A DNA stretch of 64,000 bases from an uncultured Gammaproteobacteria bacterium (GCA_964474445.1 CAYYSJ010000004.1:185-64184); one strand, 5' to 3'. Counted from the first letter of the stretch, positions 8,869-19,343 are shown. The notes: generated from the sequence alone by a model not told the origin. Program-made: numbers and translations.

Positions 8869-10602
8869 ATGAGGGATTATACAATAAGTATTGTTGCAGC
8901 ACTTCTTGTTTTTGCTGGTGCGTTAGCAACCACAGTATGCATTGTATATCTAGCAGCGGTGCGTATAGAAGCATTTCACGTGGCTCAGTTTCAGCAGGAT
9001 GCTCACGATATCCAGCAAGCCATTCTTAGTCGGGTTACAAGTTATAAAGCAGTACTCTATGGTGGGCGCAGTTTGTTTGCAAGTGTGCCAGTTACTCGAC
9101 AGGTATTTCAATCATATACTGATTCTTTAGACATATCCTCACATTTTCCAGAACTTTCAGGAATGGGATTTACTCGATACATTTCATCATCTGAGGTAAG
9201 TGCCCTTACTGAACAAATGAGGACTGAAGGTGTGTCATCGTTCACTATTTCTCCACCTGGAAACAGAAGTGAATATGCCCCAATTGTCTATATTTCATCA
9301 AGTCCAGGTCAACAAAACCCTATTGTTGGTATTGATATCCTCGCAAATTCTACCCGATCAAGTGCACTAGAGCAGGCAAAAAGAACAGGCGATGTTGTTA
9401 TTACTGATAAAGTGATTTTAAAAAGCGATGCTTCAGCAAAAAAACAGTATTCATTTATCATGTATTTGCCAATTTATAAAAACGGTCAACTCTTTGGTTT
9501 TCTGTATACTCCTTCCCGAACAAACGAACTGTTTGCAAGTGTTATAACAAATAAAATGCCTCCATTGCATGTTCGGCTATTTGATAGCAAAGATGCAAAT
9601 AACCTAACAGAAACACACCAGTTATATGATAGTGAGATACAGACAGTTAGAAAAGGAAAGTATGCAACAACTATTCCTGTTCTCGTTGGGAGTCACACAT
9701 GGATACTTCGGATTGATAGTACAAAAGCTTATGATAATAACCAGCCCGCACGGTTATTATTGCTTTGGATATCTCTTGGAGGGCTTCTTTTGGATAGTTT
9801 TCTTTTTGCCTTTCTTTACTTTCTTATCACATCCAAAAAAAGGGCATTGCTTTTGGCACAAAAAATGACTCAAGAACTGAGGGAAGACAAATCGCGTCTT
9901 GAAGACGCAATGACTAAGGATGAATTTCTTTCTATGGCGGCACACGAACTTCGAACCCCACTTGGAACGATGCGTTGGCGTCTTGAAACAATGCTTGCTG
10001 AAAAGATGTCTCCTCATATTCGCTCTTACCTAGAACAGAACTATCAAAATGTTTTACGGCTTATTCATTTAGTGAGTAACTTATTAGATGTCTCTCGCAT
10101 CGATCAAGGAAAAGTAAAGCAAACAAAAGATATGATAGATGCAGTAACTTTTGTCCAAACAATTATTGATAATCAAAAAGAATGGGCAACAAAAAAAGGA
10201 GTGCATATACTGTTTCATACGTCTTCATCAACGATTCCTCTCGTTATTGATCAGAACCTTCTCGAAGAGATCGTTGTCAACCTGATAACAAATGCTATTA
10301 AATACAATAAACCCAATGGGAAAGTTGTCGTTTCAATAAAACAGGAAAGGAAGAAGTTTATTTTTTCAGTTGAAGATACTGGTATTGGTATACCGAAGAA
10401 AGATCAGAAGACAATTTTTGAAAAATTCAAAAGAGGAAGTAATGTTGACACAAATGCTTATGAGGGGACGGGGTTGGGATTATTTGTTGTAAAATCATAT
10501 GTAAAGAAGTGGCATGGACACATCCATTTGAAAAGTAAAGAAGGCAAAGGAACGATATTTACCATTGATTTGCCTATTGAAGCAGGATACAATAAAAACT
10601 GA
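8869..10602 (+). CDS. CHASE-domain sensor histidine kinase
   Basis: Two TMs flanking a CHASE-like region. H-box AHELRTPL, N-box NLITNAIKY, G boxes DTGIGI and GTGLGL. TTGCTA-17-TATACT lies 7 nt before ATG 8869. Confidence 0.9.
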   Translation: MRDYTISIVAALLVFAGALATTVCIVYLAAVRIEAFHVAQFQQDAHDIQQAILSRVTSYKAVLYGGRSLFASVPVTRQVFQSYTDSLDISSHFPELSGMGFTRYISSSEVSALTEQMRTEGVSSFTISPPGNRSEYAPIVYISSSPGQQNPIVGIDILANSTRSSALEQAKRTGDVVITDKVILKSDASAKKQYSFIMYLPIYKNGQLFGFLYTPSRTNELFASVITNKMPPLHVRLFDSKDANNLTETHQLYDSEIQTVRKGKYATTIPVLVGSHTWILRIDSTKAYDNNQPARLLLLWISLGGLLLDSFLFAFLYFLITSKKRALLLAQKMTQELREDKSRLEDAMTKDEFLSMAAHELRTPLGTMRWRLETMLAEKMSPHIRSYLEQNYQNVLRLIHLVSNLLDVSRIDQGKVKQTKDMIDAVTFVQTIIDNQKEWATKKGVHILFHTSSSTIPLVIDQNLLEEIVVNLITNAIKYNKPNGKVVVSIKQERKKFIFSVEDTGIGIPKKDQKTIFEKFKRGSNVDTNAYEGTGLGLFVVKSYVKKWHGHIHLKSKEGKGTIFTIDLPIEAGYNKN

Positions 10603-10603
10603 T

Positions 10604-10951
10604 ATGAAGACGATACTGATTGTTGAAGACAATAAAGAATACATTGAACTTCTCAAAGAAAGACTCACAAAGGAAGGATACAAGGTTTTGGAAGCAGTGA
10701 ATGGAAAAGAAGGGCTGGAATGTATTTTGCATGAGAAAATTGACCTTATTCTTCTTGATTTATTGATGCCAGTTATCGATGGAATAGATTTTTATTACCA
10801 GATGACTCATGTTCTGAAAAAACATATTCCAATTATTGTTCTCACCAACGTCTCAACTGCAACAGGGTATAGTGGGGATGTGAAGGAAGTCCTTATTAAA
10901 GCAGAAGTCTCCCTAGACCAGGTTGTGCAGAAAATAGCAGAATATATCTAG
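10604..10951 (+). CDS. Single-domain response regulator (receiver only)
   Basis: ILIVEDN, DLILLDLLMP..DG, IIVLTN, LIKA; coupled to the kinase stop codon. Confidence 0.92.
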   Translation: MKTILIVEDNKEYIELLKERLTKEGYKVLEAVNGKEGLECILHEKIDLILLDLLMPVIDGIDFYYQMTHVLKKHIPIIVLTNVSTATGYSGDVKEVLIKAEVSLDQVVQKIAEYI

Positions 10952-11035
10952 CCTTTTTTGTTAGCTCCATTATTCTAATGTATCTCATGAACCTAAAAAT
11001 GTAGTGCAAACGTGATTGGAAGTTGGCTAGATGAA

Positions 11036-13384
11036 TTAGAAAATGTTTTTCTCGCTCCTCAAATGAGAAAGGTGAAGAATCCACAGAGAGAGATTTACGA
11101 GGGAAATTACGAAGAAAATAAGTGCTTTATTCCATCCTAATGTATACCCAAGTGATAGTTCAAAGAGTACAGAAAGCAGGAGCAATGCCTCAAACCATAG
11201 AGCGAAAAACTTAGTTATAAAGATCATAACTCTTTTTTGAAGAGATGGCGCATGTATCGTTTTGGTGATTCCAAGTAAGTATCCTCCTAATTCCACAGCA
11301 TGAATCTCTGACTGGTGAAATCTTGTTGGCTCATATCCTTCTGCCATCACCTGGATATCATACCCTTTTTCAGGGAGTATTTTAAAAAGAAAATCTCCAC
11401 GTATATCAGTATGGGTATGGGCAAAGATTGTTTCACTATCCTGAGCAACAAGATAGACTTCTGCAAGATTGATAGGTGTTCCACTATCTTTTTCAAACAC
11501 ACGTCCTTTAATGATAGTGCCAAGCTTTTTCTGAACTGAAAGAATTCGAGCATAGTGGAGGAAATATGAAAAGAGCCAACGAAGAGGAACATGAATCCTG
11601 CTACTGAAAGAGAGGAGCGTCAAGAAGACGAGAATACTCACGGAAACAACAGCATTGAGGTCAAAAAAACGTACTGAATAGGAAATGTCTTGCACATACG
11701 TTTTGGTAGCGCCGAGGAAGTCAGATAGAATATTGATGTAGTATTTCACTGTAGTAACAATGTTAAAAGGCTCTGCTGTAAGGAAAACAGCAGGATAATT
11801 CTCTCCTGGGTTTGGCCCAAGGGTAAAGAATACATCTTTTTCTTTGTAGCCGACTGCAGTAATATGCACCTGATATTTTCCTTGTGGAAGAGCGAGTACA
11901 TCTTGTCCGTTAAGATCTGTATAGCTTGGGTTCTTGACGGGGAATAGCTGAGGGGGGAGTGGAAGGTATGCCTTTGTTCGAAAATTAAAATAGGAAATAT
12001 ACATTTGTGCTCGTTCGATTGGTTGTTTCGTATCTTTTCTATACACTCGAAGTGGTTGGGAAACAGTAATATCCGCAATTTTATCCTCAACAATATTCCC
12101 TTTTTCATCATAAATTCTGGCAAACTCTTCATAACTTCCTGGAAGAGAGGGGGTCTTTAAACGCCCTTCGTAGACGCCTGGTTGAGTTTCAATAAGGTCA
12201 GTTATTTGAGTATTTGGTTCTTCTGTCTGGTTACTTGTGATGCCCAAAACATACGCATTTCTGACAATAGTTTGAACTTTTGTAACAGTTGTTCCTTTTG
12301 TTACTTGAAAGCGGAAGTTGTAACTGAGATCCTGTGGTACAACTAAGAGAGGTTTAGGGAGTTCTTGGTTTTTAGATGTTGTATCTGTATTTTGTGGTCT
12401 AGGGACAAAAAGCACGATATCGGAGCTAATAAAACTGACGCTGTCTTTATTGACGACAGGTTTTTCTGAAGGAAGTGCAGTTGTGAAGTTAAAAACTTCT
12501 GATGTTTTTGTATTGCCCGAAGCATCAGTTGCCGTCATTTGAATATAGTAAGTAGTATTTGCTGTAAGATTATCAAGAAGAATATCTTGAACACTCGTAA
12601 AAGGTGATTTGTACATTCTTTGGATAAGTTGCGTAGGGGAGGTTCCGTACGAAACTGTTAATTGTGCGGGAACAGATGTTTGAGAAAGCAAGCGGATTGA
12701 ACTATCAATAATAGATCGAAAAGAGAGATTGGTAAAGAAGAGATTGGCAGGTTGTCGAGGAGGAGGAACTGAAGGTGTTGGCACAATTGTTGGCGTAGGG
12801 ATTGGAGTGGGGGTTGCTGCAGGGGGATTTAGTTGGTAAGTTAGAGTGCTGGATTGGTCTGGTGTCGTAACTTGAGATGTGATCAGGCGTACTCTAACAG
12901 GAAAATTGACTGCTGAAGTGCCTGAATAAGAACTGCTCACTGCAAGCTTGAAAGTAACAGACTGATTGGTCGTTTGCGCAGGGAAAGAAGGAATAGTCCA
13001 AGTAATTTTTTGATTTACAAGATCAATAACAGGAGATGCTCCAGATGTTATGCCAGCACTGCCTACTATATAGTTCAGCCCATCTACAGTGGACGTTGCA
13101 GTTCCTCCTTGAATTGTTCCTCTATCCCACTGAGTTTGTATTGTGACAGGCCCTGCGTAGTACAAACGGGAGCCGTAGGTAATGGTATAGGTAACAATAC
13201 TGTCTCCATGGAGGATTCCTGTGGCATCTGATGTAATTCCTACCTGGAAATCTGAATTACGCGGAACAACAATTCCACTAACAGTAACAGATTGGGTATC
13301 TGCAAATAACAGTGGTAGGGATGCTCTCTGTAAAGTCAAAAAAAGAAGAATACCAACACATGCAAGCATGTTAATCTTTTTCAT
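11036..13384 (-). CDS. Secreted/membrane-anchored multi-Ig protein (DUF11-like, FN3, carboxypeptidase-regulatory-like domains, C-terminal TMs)
   Basis: Signal peptide, PT linker, FN3-like LDNLTANTTYYIQMTATDASGN, two GRV..TD..G.F..Y.I.V.A.GY-type modules, hydrophobic helices. Confidence 0.75.
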   Translation of the reverse strand: MKKINMLACVGILLFLTLQRASLPLLFADTQSVTVSGIVVPRNSDFQVGITSDATGILHGDSIVTYTITYGSRLYYAGPVTIQTQWDRGTIQGGTATSTVDGLNYIVGSAGITSGASPVIDLVNQKITWTIPSFPAQTTNQSVTFKLAVSSSYSGTSAVNFPVRVRLITSQVTTPDQSSTLTYQLNPPAATPTPIPTPTIVPTPSVPPPRQPANLFFTNLSFRSIIDSSIRLLSQTSVPAQLTVSYGTSPTQLIQRMYKSPFTSVQDILLDNLTANTTYYIQMTATDASGNTKTSEVFNFTTALPSEKPVVNKDSVSFISSDIVLFVPRPQNTDTTSKNQELPKPLLVVPQDLSYNFRFQVTKGTTVTKVQTIVRNAYVLGITSNQTEEPNTQITDLIETQPGVYEGRLKTPSLPGSYEEFARIYDEKGNIVEDKIADITVSQPLRVYRKDTKQPIERAQMYISYFNFRTKAYLPLPPQLFPVKNPSYTDLNGQDVLALPQGKYQVHITAVGYKEKDVFFTLGPNPGENYPAVFLTAEPFNIVTTVKYYINILSDFLGATKTYVQDISYSVRFFDLNAVVSVSILVFLTLLSFSSRIHVPLRWLFSYFLHYARILSVQKKLGTIIKGRVFEKDSGTPINLAEVYLVAQDSETIFAHTHTDIRGDFLFKILPEKGYDIQVMAEGYEPTRFHQSEIHAVELGGYLLGITKTIHAPSLQKRVMIFITKFFALWFEALLLLSVLFELSLGYTLGWNKALIFFVISLVNLSLWILHLSHLRSEKNIF

Positions 13385-13462
13385 GCTTTAAGCATAGCAT
13401 ATCAAGTATCAGAGCGTCTAAAAAAGTGGAATAAAGATATATTTTTTTGTTATGATGAAAGT

Positions 13463-14032
13463 ATGAAGTGGGTAGCTCTCGGAATATTGTTGGTAGTCAT
13501 TATTGGAGGAGGTATATGGATCTTTTCACCTGGTAAAGATGTTCTATCTTCACAGGATAAAACAAAAGCTTTGCAGACACTGCTTGGAAGGGATGTTCAT
13601 GTAGATGCACAAAATCCTCAGGAAGTAGCATGGACAATGCACACAAATCAGTCTGTTCAATTTTCCTACCCTTCAGATGCAAAAATATATACTCAAGATA
13701 ATAGTGCAGCAATGAAAAATAAAGATATGGTAGATAGCTTTTCTTTTAGTAATCTTACTGATCATGTGACAGCAGTTGTTCAGGTGGTCAAATTTACTGG
13801 AGCACTTATAGAATATCCCGCAGTAAATTTTCGAATTTCTCAGTCAACACTGTATACAGCGACAACCTCTGGTACTCAAACAATTCAATTTATGAAGAAA
13901 GATGACACAGCAGAAAAGTCACTCTTTTTGAAAAAGAATGCTACTATTATTAGCATAGCTGTAACTGGCTATTCTATGCAAAAAGTAGACAATTTATACT
14001 CAAGAATTATTTCTTCGTTGAAGACGTTTTAA
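13463..14032 (+). CDS. Membrane-anchored PsbP-like protein
   Basis: N-terminal TM, W..H...VQFSYP motif, terminal IISSLKTF. Confidence 0.6.
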   Translation: MKWVALGILLVVIIGGGIWIFSPGKDVLSSQDKTKALQTLLGRDVHVDAQNPQEVAWTMHTNQSVQFSYPSDAKIYTQDNSAAMKNKDMVDSFSFSNLTDHVTAVVQVVKFTGALIEYPAVNFRISQSTLYTATTSGTQTIQFMKKDDTAEKSLFLKKNATIISIAVTGYSMQKVDNLYSRIISSLKTF

Positions 14033-14920
14033 GTAGTATTTTGCTCCTAAACCTCCGAATAGTACCAATGCTACAACAATAGGGATGAGCGGGAGACTCC
14101 CTTGAGAAAAGAACACAAATGTTTTTGTTAATCTCTGGTGAGACTTACCAAAATGAAGGGAAAGGGTTGCTGTATACATTCCTGGCCAAAGAAACGGCTT
14201 AAGCGTTCTTACAGAGACATAATATCCTCTGATGCTTTGTGGCAGTGTAGGAGCAGAGGCTGCATTTACCATTCCTTTTGCAACAATAGTATGAGAAGCA
14301 TCAGTTATTTCCAAAAGTCCATATGGTGTAAGATCGGTATCTCCAGAATTTGTAAATCGAAAATAGAATGTCGTAGGGAATTCGATAAGTTCTCTTTGTG
14401 TTTCAAATGATGGAAGACTTGCTGCTTCGTATTCCTTTCCTGTGTTGGTTCGGACAAAAAGAAGACTTCCTAATGTTCCTTGAATATGTATCTGTTGTAA
14501 TCCTTGTGTATATTGTTCCTTTATATGAGCAAGAATTGTTGCATAATGGCCACCAGGAGTTAACTTATCTTTGTCTATGAAGATAGTAATATTATTTGTC
14601 TCTCCAGGGTCAAGGATAAGTGAATTGTCACTAAAATGTATCCAAGACGAGAGACCGTATTGATAGTTTTGAAAATTTTTATCATCTAAGAAAGAAAGTT
14701 TGTAACCATTTTCAAGCGCAGTAACATCTTGGGCACTAAAGGTAAGCTCTAATGTTTGAGAAGAAGTGTTTTTATAGAAAAGCTTTGTTTGGGGTTGATC
14801 TGTTGCAAGATCTAAATGAATAATGGAAGGTGTAACTGAAATTGTTTGTTGTTGTGCAAAAGCTGGAGAGATCCAAAAGAGTAAACAAAAGATAAATAAG
14901 ATAGATATTGTCCATTTCAT
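14000..14920 (-). CDS. DUF916/DUF3324-like (WxL-interacting / PapD-chaperone-like) membrane-anchored protein
   Basis: Signal peptide, ISVTP..I.LD, SWI.F....LDPGE, PGGHYA, NSGDT.LTPYG, G.YTATL, C-terminal TM with basic tail. Confidence 0.7.
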   Translation of the reverse strand: MKWTISILFIFCLLFWISPAFAQQQTISVTPSIIHLDLATDQPQTKLFYKNTSSQTLELTFSAQDVTALENGYKLSFLDDKNFQNYQYGLSSWIHFSDNSLILDPGETNNITIFIDKDKLTPGGHYATILAHIKEQYTQGLQQIHIQGTLGSLLFVRTNTGKEYEAASLPSFETQRELIEFPTTFYFRFTNSGDTDLTPYGLLEITDASHTIVAKGMVNAASAPTLPQSIRGYYVSVRTLKPFLWPGMYTATLSLHFGKSHQRLTKTFVFFSQGSLPLIPIVVALVLFGGLGAKYYLKRLQRRNNS

Positions 14921-15022
14921 GGCATTAGTATAAACATTGCCCTAATTTACCTAATTGGTTTACATTCATTGAACATTCTATCCTTGAGGATTCTTTGGCA
15001 ACGAATTAGGTTAATTAGATTT

Positions 15023-16063
15023 CTATCTTTGCTGTTTTTTGACCTCGTGTGTAATATACCAGGAAAGAATAAATTTCAGAAACACACCTCCTAAAATAAC
15101 GACACCAAGGGTACTAAGCACAATAGTATAAGGAAATACAAAGAACGTTGTTGTTGCTTCAAGTGGGACATCTCGTGTGCCATTGTCATAGACAACAAGT
15201 GCAGATGCTGTATATTTACCTATACGAAAGTGAGTAAGCAAGTTCCAGTTAATGACTAAGTGTGTCATAACACGTCCATTTTTGTCGACTTTAGGAGACC
15301 CATCTTGCAGTATTGGCTCTTTTACAAAGAATCCATCTAACCAGCTTGTTTGAAATGTTCTCGTACTACCAGGTAATATAATACCGCTTTCTTTATTGAC
15401 GGAAAGTACTGCAGTATCATTTCCGGAGAGTTTCACAAAAATATTCCCAGTTGGCTTTATGTGCACATTTCCAGTATTTTGCAGTTGTACATTAAAGGTG
15501 ACTGGGAGATATTCGTTAAAGAAAGACGTTGGGATAAAAGAAACAAGTTTGAGTTCTGATTTTGCTTGTGAGGACGATACGTTGAGAAGAATTGGTAATA
15601 CGATTTGACCAAGAAGCTTTGTCCCAGGTGCATTTTGTGTGCCATTTGTTTTAGTAGGTCCAATACGGAGAGCATAGTAATAGCCAAAAGCAGCAGTCTT
15701 AGGAACAGTGATAGTAAAAGGCACATCAACCCATTCTTTTGGTTTGGCCGTAGGCGTTGCAGTCTCAAAGCTTATCCATGAGATAAAAGCATCATTAGGT
15801 TGGGCTGCAACAGGAACTACTTCACCGTTTCGTGCATGAGGGTCAAGTTTGTCAACAACAATAGAGAGAGCAATAGGATCATTAGTATTATTTCGGATTC
15901 TAAATTTTTGTTTCAGTACATCTCCAGGATTTGCCGTAAGATCTAAGAATGTTGGACTTATTGTGAGATTAAGCCCTTGTACTGATTGAGCAAATACATT
16001 TGCTTGCAAAAGAGAAAGAAACAAAAGGAATATGCCAATAAAAAAAATAGCAGTTCGTTTCAT
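15023..16063 (-). CDS. DUF916/DUF3324-like membrane-anchored protein
   Basis: LTISPTF.DL.ANPG, SWISF, FTITVP..A..GYYYA, NTGNVHIKPTGNI, ILPGSTR.F, GKYTA, C-terminal TM. TATGAT lies 7 nt before ATG 16063. Confidence 0.75.
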   Translation of the reverse strand: MKRTAIFFIGIFLLFLSLLQANVFAQSVQGLNLTISPTFLDLTANPGDVLKQKFRIRNNTNDPIALSIVVDKLDPHARNGEVVPVAAQPNDAFISWISFETATPTAKPKEWVDVPFTITVPKTAAFGYYYALRIGPTKTNGTQNAPGTKLLGQIVLPILLNVSSSQAKSELKLVSFIPTSFFNEYLPVTFNVQLQNTGNVHIKPTGNIFVKLSGNDTAVLSVNKESGIILPGSTRTFQTSWLDGFFVKEPILQDGSPKVDKNGRVMTHLVINWNLLTHFRIGKYTASALVVYDNGTRDVPLEATTTFFVFPYTIVLSTLGVVILGGVFLKFILSWYITHEVKKQQR

Positions 16064-16171
16064 ATCCTTAATCATATACACAATTACCATTTTTTTCAAA
16101 GGGGAAAATAACAAGTGGGAGAGTGGGCTCCCTATATAAGAAAGTGTGGTTAGATGTCATGTCCAATATGT

Positions 16172-17278
16172 CTAGAACTGTCCTGCTGCAGTAATGGTTA
16201 CAGTATCTGTATAATCACTTGCTGGTTTGGTTGTGGCAGAAGCTTCTGCTGAAAAGGTGAGTGTTGCCGTATTCCCGTTTGAAGGAACTGTGTTTGAGAC
16301 AATTTTTTCAAATTGGGTACTATCCAAAGATCCAACAGATGGACTTGATGTGCTGTATTCTGTTGCAACAGTTGGAGAACCACTTCCTGCTGCTACTGCT
16401 AATCCATATCCTGCAGCCCCAGTAAGGTTATGAATATTGCCCGCTCCTGCTGCAAATGCTCCACTGGAAATGGATGTATCACTTGTTGTTGCAGAGGTGA
16501 GCGTACTATTCGCATTAGCATTTTTAACCCATGCCGTCCATCCATTAGCTGCATTAGTACTGACAGTAAGTGTAATACCTGTTGCAGACGTTGGTGCCCC
16601 AGATGTAGTTAGCGTTCCAATTGCAGCTGTATTGCCACTCAAAGACATGGTGAAGCTTGCAGGGACAGTTGCTGTTACGGTAATTTGATCATTGGAAATA
16701 ACTGATGCTGCATAATTTGCCAACTCATTGGCAAGTTGGGTGCCACCACTATTATTTAACTGGATGGTGCCAATTAAATTATTTGCAGCAGCAGTTGGAG
16801 TGGTAAGTGTACTGGTTCCAGTAAAATGAAGACAGTAGGTTGTCCCTGTAGTAAGTGTTTGGCCTGTAGTCACAATAAACGTTACAATACCATTTGAAAC
16901 AGTTGATGTTGTAGCAGTCCCTGGGAATGCAGTTGTCCCAACAGGAATGTTCGTTGCTGTTGTATCCCATGTCCAGTTGGCCGCGGTTTGGTTTACCCCA
17001 AAGTGGGTAGCATCCGCTGTCCCTGGAGTGCCACTGACAGGAAAAGTAATTGCCATTTGCGCAACGTTGGTTGTTTCCGTTATATTCGGATTAAAACAGA
17101 CAGACCCTCCTGTCGCAGTGTTTATTTTTACCCTATCAAGACGGAAATATCCTTTTGCAACTGCACTTGCAGGAGTAGGAAGTAACAATGGTTCAAAAAG
17201 ACCAGCAGCAAGAACGAGTGAAAGAAAAATATGAGGAAGTTGCTTTTTTTGTATCTTGAGAATGGACAGTAATCTCAT
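16172..17278 (-). CDS. WxL/pilin-like secreted protein (major-subunit candidate)
   Basis: Signal peptide, Thr/Ala-rich beta sequence, DQITVTATVP, VSTNAANGW, GYGL, C-terminus YTDTVTITAAGQF. Confidence 0.7.
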   Translation of the reverse strand: MRLLSILKIQKKQLPHIFLSLVLAAGLFEPLLLPTPASAVAKGYFRLDRVKINTATGGSVCFNPNITETTNVAQMAITFPVSGTPGTADATHFGVNQTAANWTWDTTATNIPVGTTAFPGTATTSTVSNGIVTFIVTTGQTLTTGTTYCLHFTGTSTLTTPTAAANNLIGTIQLNNSGGTQLANELANYAASVISNDQITVTATVPASFTMSLSGNTAAIGTLTTSGAPTSATGITLTVSTNAANGWTAWVKNANANSTLTSATTSDTSISSGAFAAGAGNIHNLTGAAGYGLAVAAGSGSPTVATEYSTSSPSVGSLDSTQFEKIVSNTVPSNGNTATLTFSAEASATTKPASDYTDTVTITAAGQF

Positions 17279-17352
17279 GTAATAAGCATTACATACAAAT
17301 TGTTTAGTTGTCAATAGGGTTATTCGTATACTACTTATATATTAAGAAGAGG

Positions 17353-18408
17353 TTAGAAAACTGCTGTTGCAATGACAGTGATGATATCTACGTAATCGCT
17401 TGCTATTTTTGCATTAATGCTTGCTTTTGCTTGTAATTGAAAGGTGCCGGTCCCACTTGTAACAGGTAAACCAGTTGAATCAAAAACAGCACGCTTATTT
17501 ACATTATCAAGAATTCCAACGGTATTTCCTGAGCCATTATATGGAGAGAGAATTTCCATTGGTCCACCAGAACTTTGTCCAACTGAGGTTGCTTGCAATC
17601 CATACCCTTCGGAAGTTGTAGACAAATCGCTACTCACTGCTGCTATGGTATATCCTCCTTGTGATGAAAGAAGGCCTCCATTGGTATCATAAGCATAAAT
17701 AGTTGTTCCACCAGTTCCGTTGGTTGAAATAGTGGCGGTTACAGTACTTGTTGACGTTTTGACAGTTCCTGGATCGAGTTGAGGAAAAGTAAGTGCATTA
17801 CTATTTAAAGAAAACGAAAACGTAGGACTGCCTGTTGAAACAATTGTTGCTGGGCCATATGCAGATTGCGTATAGTTGCCTTGTTTAGCAGAAACACTGA
17901 CGGTGTATGTTGTGGAGGGTGTAAGTCCAATCATCGTGAATCCACTCGCCCCCCAAACAGCATTTGTCTGCCAGACAGGAGATGGTCCTAATGTACCATC
18001 TGCTTGCACATATTGTGTTGAGCTACTGACTACTTTAATTGCATACTGAGTGTCACTTGGGTTATTTGCAGTATTAAGCGTGACACTTAATGAGTTATAC
18101 AAAGTGCCGCCATTATTGGAAACGGTTGGTGCTCCTGGAACGTTTGCTGTTAGGAGGTATGTGAGACCTGGTTGATTTGTGTAGCTTGTTGAGTTGAGAC
18201 TTCCTCCATCTAATTGGCCAGTATTGCCAAACAAGGAATAGGTAGTAGATGTCGCACCGCTTATACCACCAGACCCGAAATCATATGCTTTTATTTCATA
18301 GGTTGTACTTTGAGGGCCGGCATCCATTTGTACTGGAGGGGTAAATAAATAGATGAATAAACCAAAAAGTAAATAAACTGTGATAGCTTTAGAAATAATA
18401 TTACTCAT
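17353..18408 (-). CDS. WxL/pilin-like secreted protein with an FN3-like domain
   Basis: Signal/TM, GLTPSTTYTVSVSA (FN3), ISTNG..G, EGYGL, C-terminus YVDIITVIATAVF. Confidence 0.7.
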   Translation of the reverse strand: MSNIISKAITVYLLFGLFIYLFTPPVQMDAGPQSTTYEIKAYDFGSGGISGATSTTYSLFGNTGQLDGGSLNSTSYTNQPGLTYLLTANVPGAPTVSNNGGTLYNSLSVTLNTANNPSDTQYAIKVVSSSTQYVQADGTLGPSPVWQTNAVWGASGFTMIGLTPSTTYTVSVSAKQGNYTQSAYGPATIVSTGSPTFSFSLNSNALTFPQLDPGTVKTSTSTVTATISTNGTGGTTIYAYDTNGGLLSSQGGYTIAAVSSDLSTTSEGYGLQATSVGQSSGGPMEILSPYNGSGNTVGILDNVNKRAVFDSTGLPVTSGTGTFQLQAKASINAKIASDYVDIITVIATAVF

Positions 18409-18488
18409 TACGATATGTTTTGAAATACTTTATTTTATTTTTTCTTGAACATTTCTCAGCATACTGATATACAGATTCTATACTACTA

Positions 18489-18905
18489 TTATATTGGTAA
18501 ATAAAATACTGTTAGTCTAAATAGTGGATGTAAGTACGAAAAGGTACATACCTGACTAATACCTCGTCTATTTGCAATCACTTGCATTAAGACTTCATTA
18601 AATGATATCTCAGGTGTGCTCGTTGAAAGAAGAGTTCTAAATGTCAATTTCATATCCGTTTCATCGGGAGAGAGAATATTAATAGATCCTAAAGAAAGTG
18701 CCTTGATGAAGTCTCTGGCTACTGAGGGGCTAATATAAACAGAAAGTGTATCGTACGTTGTATTAATGACAGAAGCTGAAGTAAAAATTTTGTAACGCTC
18801 TTGTGCAAAATAACGGAAAAAAGCAGCAGCATGCAAATGCTTAGGGTTTGCTCTATCAATAAATGCGACAAAAACATCAGGTGCTATAAAAACCTTTCTT
18901 TGCAT
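18489..18905 (-). CDS. VapC-like PIN-domain protein with a degenerate active site
   Basis: Pattern VFI....VAFIDR.NPKH..A, ISF.EV....A.RRGI..V.TF matches the VapC fold; the acidic catalytic positions are substituted. Confidence 0.72.
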   Translation of the reverse strand: MQRKVFIAPDVFVAFIDRANPKHLHAAAFFRYFAQERYKIFTSASVINTTYDTLSVYISPSVARDFIKALSLGSINILSPDETDMKLTFRTLLSTSTPEISFNEVLMQVIANRRGISQVCTFSYLHPLFRLTVFYLPI

Positions 18906-18969
18906 AATGTTTCTAAATCAATATCAAATTTCTCATTATTGTAATTACCAAATTTTGCTTTTGCCTTGT

Positions 18970-19245
18970 CTATGACAAGGATGCGCCTTTCCCATTGAGT
19001 TGTAAAAAAGGATCAGTGTTCGAAAACTCTTGTTCCTTTTCTTGCTTAGCTTTTATGATGATACTTTGCTGGGGAGGAGCAATTGTAAGTGCTGTATGTA
19101 ACTTTTGGACTTCACTTTCTTTGACACGCACATTACCCCCAATTTTTACTGCTTGTAATTTTCCTTCTCGAATATACCGTCGAATAGTAAGCGGATGTAC
19201 TTTAAAAATGAACGCGACTTGTTTGACTGATAAAAAGTTATCCAT
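18970..19245 (-). CDS. Excisionase/BldC-type HTH (HTH_17, MerR-like) DNA-binding protein
   Basis: FLSVKQVAFIFKVHPLTIRRYIREGKLQAVKIGGNVRV. Confidence 0.9.
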   Translation of the reverse strand: MDNFLSVKQVAFIFKVHPLTIRRYIREGKLQAVKIGGNVRVKESEVQKLHTALTIAPPQQSIIIKAKQEKEQEFSNTDPFLQLNGKGASLS

Positions 19246-19343
19246 GGTAAAGATATAAGATATGCGCTGTTAACATGTCAGTAATTTCATTGCACAAATA
19301 TCTGTTATCCACTCTCTATTATCTCTATTTTTTTTCACAAAAA

